The position numbers and the translations under genes are program-made. A model generated the notes under the pieces. It saw nothing but the letters and a program-made list of their open reading frames with translations. It was not told the DNA's origin and made no database searches. From Octopus vulgaris (lineage: Eukaryota), in contig OX597831.1 of the NCBI GenBank assembly GCA_951406725.2, positions 33,418,001-33,482,000 of the forward strand: a stretch of 64,000 nucleotides of DNA, in the 5' to 3' direction. The stretch's first letter is position 1. Each line of letters starts with the position of its first letter. This document shows positions 61,244 through 64,000 of this stretch, one piece after another.

Positions 61244-62753
61244 GTAAGACTAATATTTAATTTGTATTGTTTCCCATGGCTGGTGGTGGTCATGGTGGGG
61301 AGTTATTGATGTGTTTATAATATTACGAGCTGGCAGAATCGTTAGCGCGCTGGGCGAAATGCTTAGCGGTATTTTGTCTGTCGTTACGTTCTGAGTTCAA
61401 ATTCCGCCGAGGTCGACTTTGCCTTTCATCCTTTCGGGGTCGATAAATTAAGTACCAGTTATGCACTGGGGTTGATGTAATCAACTTATTCCCTTTGTCT
61501 GTCCTAGTTTGTCCCCTCTATGTTTAGCCCCTTGTGGGCAGTAAAGAAATATATAATATTACAATCCCTGTGGAAATTGTGGCAGATGAATTGTAGCGTC
61601 AGGGAAAGGAGGGCTGCCATTGGCCGGATAAGGGCAATCTACAGGGGAAAATGATGGTCTGTGGGAAATAAGATGGTGTGCGATGATACCGAGAATCCAT
61701 GAATAGAAGCTGGTTCCAAGGGTTCCAGGGTTCCAGGGAGGGTGAATGGTTGATGGAATGGAGTATATCCAGTTCTACTCTGGCAGTTACATCAGTTGAG
61801 TGAATAGTGCTGTCATCGGAAGAGTAAGGGAGAGAGGGGTGCGTGTCAGGAAGGTGAGTTGTTGGGGCGGGGATTTATTAGGGACAGATTGGGTGCAGGG
61901 GCATGCATAAGCGATGTGCTTTTAGGGCCTTATTTTTGCTTTGGTGGACAGGTCTTGAGCACAGCGAATTGCCAGTCATTACATCATATCCAGTCCTTTG
62001 TCATTTCCTCCATAAAGTTCTACTTGGCTAAGTTGTTTACTAATTAGCCATTTCTGTAATGAGTTTTTTCTGTGGCTAAAATTAAGGCTTTAATTGTGTA
62101 AATGCTTAGTAACAGAAGATAGATCTATTTTTAGCTGTGAGGCTATCTTTAGAGAGTTCATTAGAGCATGGAACAATTAATTTGTATAATTGTTGTTGTT
62201 TAGTACTAGATTAATTCTGATCAAGCTGGCCTATGATTAATGGTGTTCCATTCGTGACAGTCCTGTCTTTTTTTGTCTTTCTCTTTTTTTGCAAACATAA
62301 TATATCCTGAACTACATTATCCTTTGCATTCTTCCTTTTCTAAGATGGTAGGGTGTAATTTGAAGGAGATTCGGCTGTGATTTCTAAATGTTCTAATGAT
62401 CATTTGAATGGTTATTAGTTGTAGGAAAGAATGTAAAACAGTGATGCAAATATTCGTTTCTACTCTAGGCACAAGGCCCGAAATTTTTGGGGAAGGAGCT
62501 AGTCGATTTAATCGACCCCAGTACTCAACTGGTACTTAATTTATTAACCCTGAAAGGATGAAAGGCAAGGTCGACCTTGGCAGAATTTGAACTCAGAATG
62601 TAAAGACAGACGAAATACCGCTAAGCATTTGGCCCAGTGTGTTAATATTTCTGCCAGCTTGCCACCTTACAGTAATGCAAATATTGAAGCTTTAATGAGG
62701 CATCTGCTTAAGCCTTCACTCCCTATGCTTCTTGGGGAATGGAGAGCTTAAGA

Positions 62754-63042
62754 CAGTGGTTCCCAAAGTGGGTCGTACGTTGTACTTCCCCCCTTTAGGG
62801 CAGTGGAAAGATCCAAAGGGTGGGGAGTATTGAAGAAAATGGAGTGGTGAAAATGGAGTGATGAAAAGGGGGCAATGAATGTAAAAACATTAAAATAATG
62901 GAATAATTAGGTTAAGTTTTTATTGTGAAATTTGTTGCAGAAACTGGTCAATGTTTGTGGTGGTAAGTGGTGATGGTGATGCACTAGGAATGTGTCCTGA
63001 GTGATAAGTGGGTAGCAACCCAAAGAAGTTTGGGAACCATCA
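62754..63042. mobile_element. hAT MITE
   Basis: CAGTGGTTCCCAAA and TTTGGGAACCA termini; imperfect 8-bp flanks GCTTAAGA and GCTTAAAT. Confidence 0.6.
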
Positions 63043-64000
63043 GCTTAAATCTTCAATGGCCTATATTCCATAAGCTATCGATAAGTTTTCTCCACTGTTC
63101 TTGACCCTGGGCTGTCGTCTTCCAGGTCTTGGTGGTTTAGAATTGCCATCAATGCTTCTGTAACCTTGCATTTGACTAGGCAAGAGTGTTGGCCCTAAGC
63201 AAACCCATTTTTACCTCTGTGAAGAGGTGGTCCATAATAGCCAAGCTTTATCTTGCTCAAGAATCTCAACAAGAGCCACATCAGTTGCGATTCTTGTCTT
63301 GATTCCTGAGTCAGAAAATTTTCAGTTCATAGTTCTAAGAATTTTTACTGTTTAGTATTTGTTGGATATTTTTTCGCTAAATTAAGAATTTTATTTCCTT
63401 TTACTGGTTCCAGTCACTGGACTGTAGCCATGATAGGACAATGCGTATTTTCTGTGAGAATCATACTGTTTTCCATTTTTTTTGCTTACTCATTCCTTTA
63501 TCTGTCCTTGTTTCAGTTTAACACATATTTTCACATTTTTATCCATGTTCTTTTAACATTTTTTTATCCATGTTCCTTAAGTTTTATCCATGTTCCTTAA
63601 GTTTTATCCATGTTTTCCTGTTAACATGCTTTTTAAAATACGAGCGAGGTCGGTAAAAATTCGAGCAAGGTTGGTAAAAATTCGAGCGAGGTCGTTGCCA
63701 GTACCGCCTGACTGGCCCCCATGCCGGTGGCACATAAAAGCACCTACTACACTCTCGGAGTGGTTGGCGTTAGGAAGGGCATCCAGCTATAGAAACTCTG
63801 CCAGATCAAGACTGGAGCTTGGTGCAGCCATCTGGTTCGCCAGCCCACAGTCAAACCATTCAACCCATGCTAGCATGGAAAGCGGACGTTAAACGACGAT
63901 GATGATGAAGTTCCCTGCTTAACTTGCTTTTTTCAAATCCATGGTCTCTGTTAAATTTTTTAAAAATCCATGTTCCCTGTTCCTTATTAACATTTTTCCC

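Overview
Eukaryotic, AT-rich, repeat-dense genomic DNA, most likely a cephalopod (Octopus-like), judged from the SINE, RTE-LINE and microsatellite content; the species is an inference. Recognisable genes: an intronless mitochondrial ribosomal protein S5 ORF (MRPS5, minus strand, 8475-9740), an intact tRNA-Ala(CGC) gene (15538-15609), and 11 consecutive in-frame exons of mitochondrial aconitase (ACO2, plus strand, 45858-61243). The ACO2 start-codon exon was not found and the gene continues past the window end. The rest is mostly transposable elements: tRNA-derived SINEs, RTE and CR1-type LINE remnants, Penelope-like remnants, Tc1/mariner remnants, Helitrons, and hAT, piggyBac, Merlin-like and MULE-like MITEs. 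Most interesting observations: several hammerhead-ribozyme motifs of the Penelope type (two with intact cores); a modular hairpin plus pseudoknot repeat array in the RTE 3' UTR; a fold-back MITE inside the probable MRPS5 3' UTR; a circularly permuted local duplication; a SINE-in-LINE-in-SINE nest with two TSDs; and many long near-perfect fold-backs. All structures were read by eye, with no folding or database searches run.
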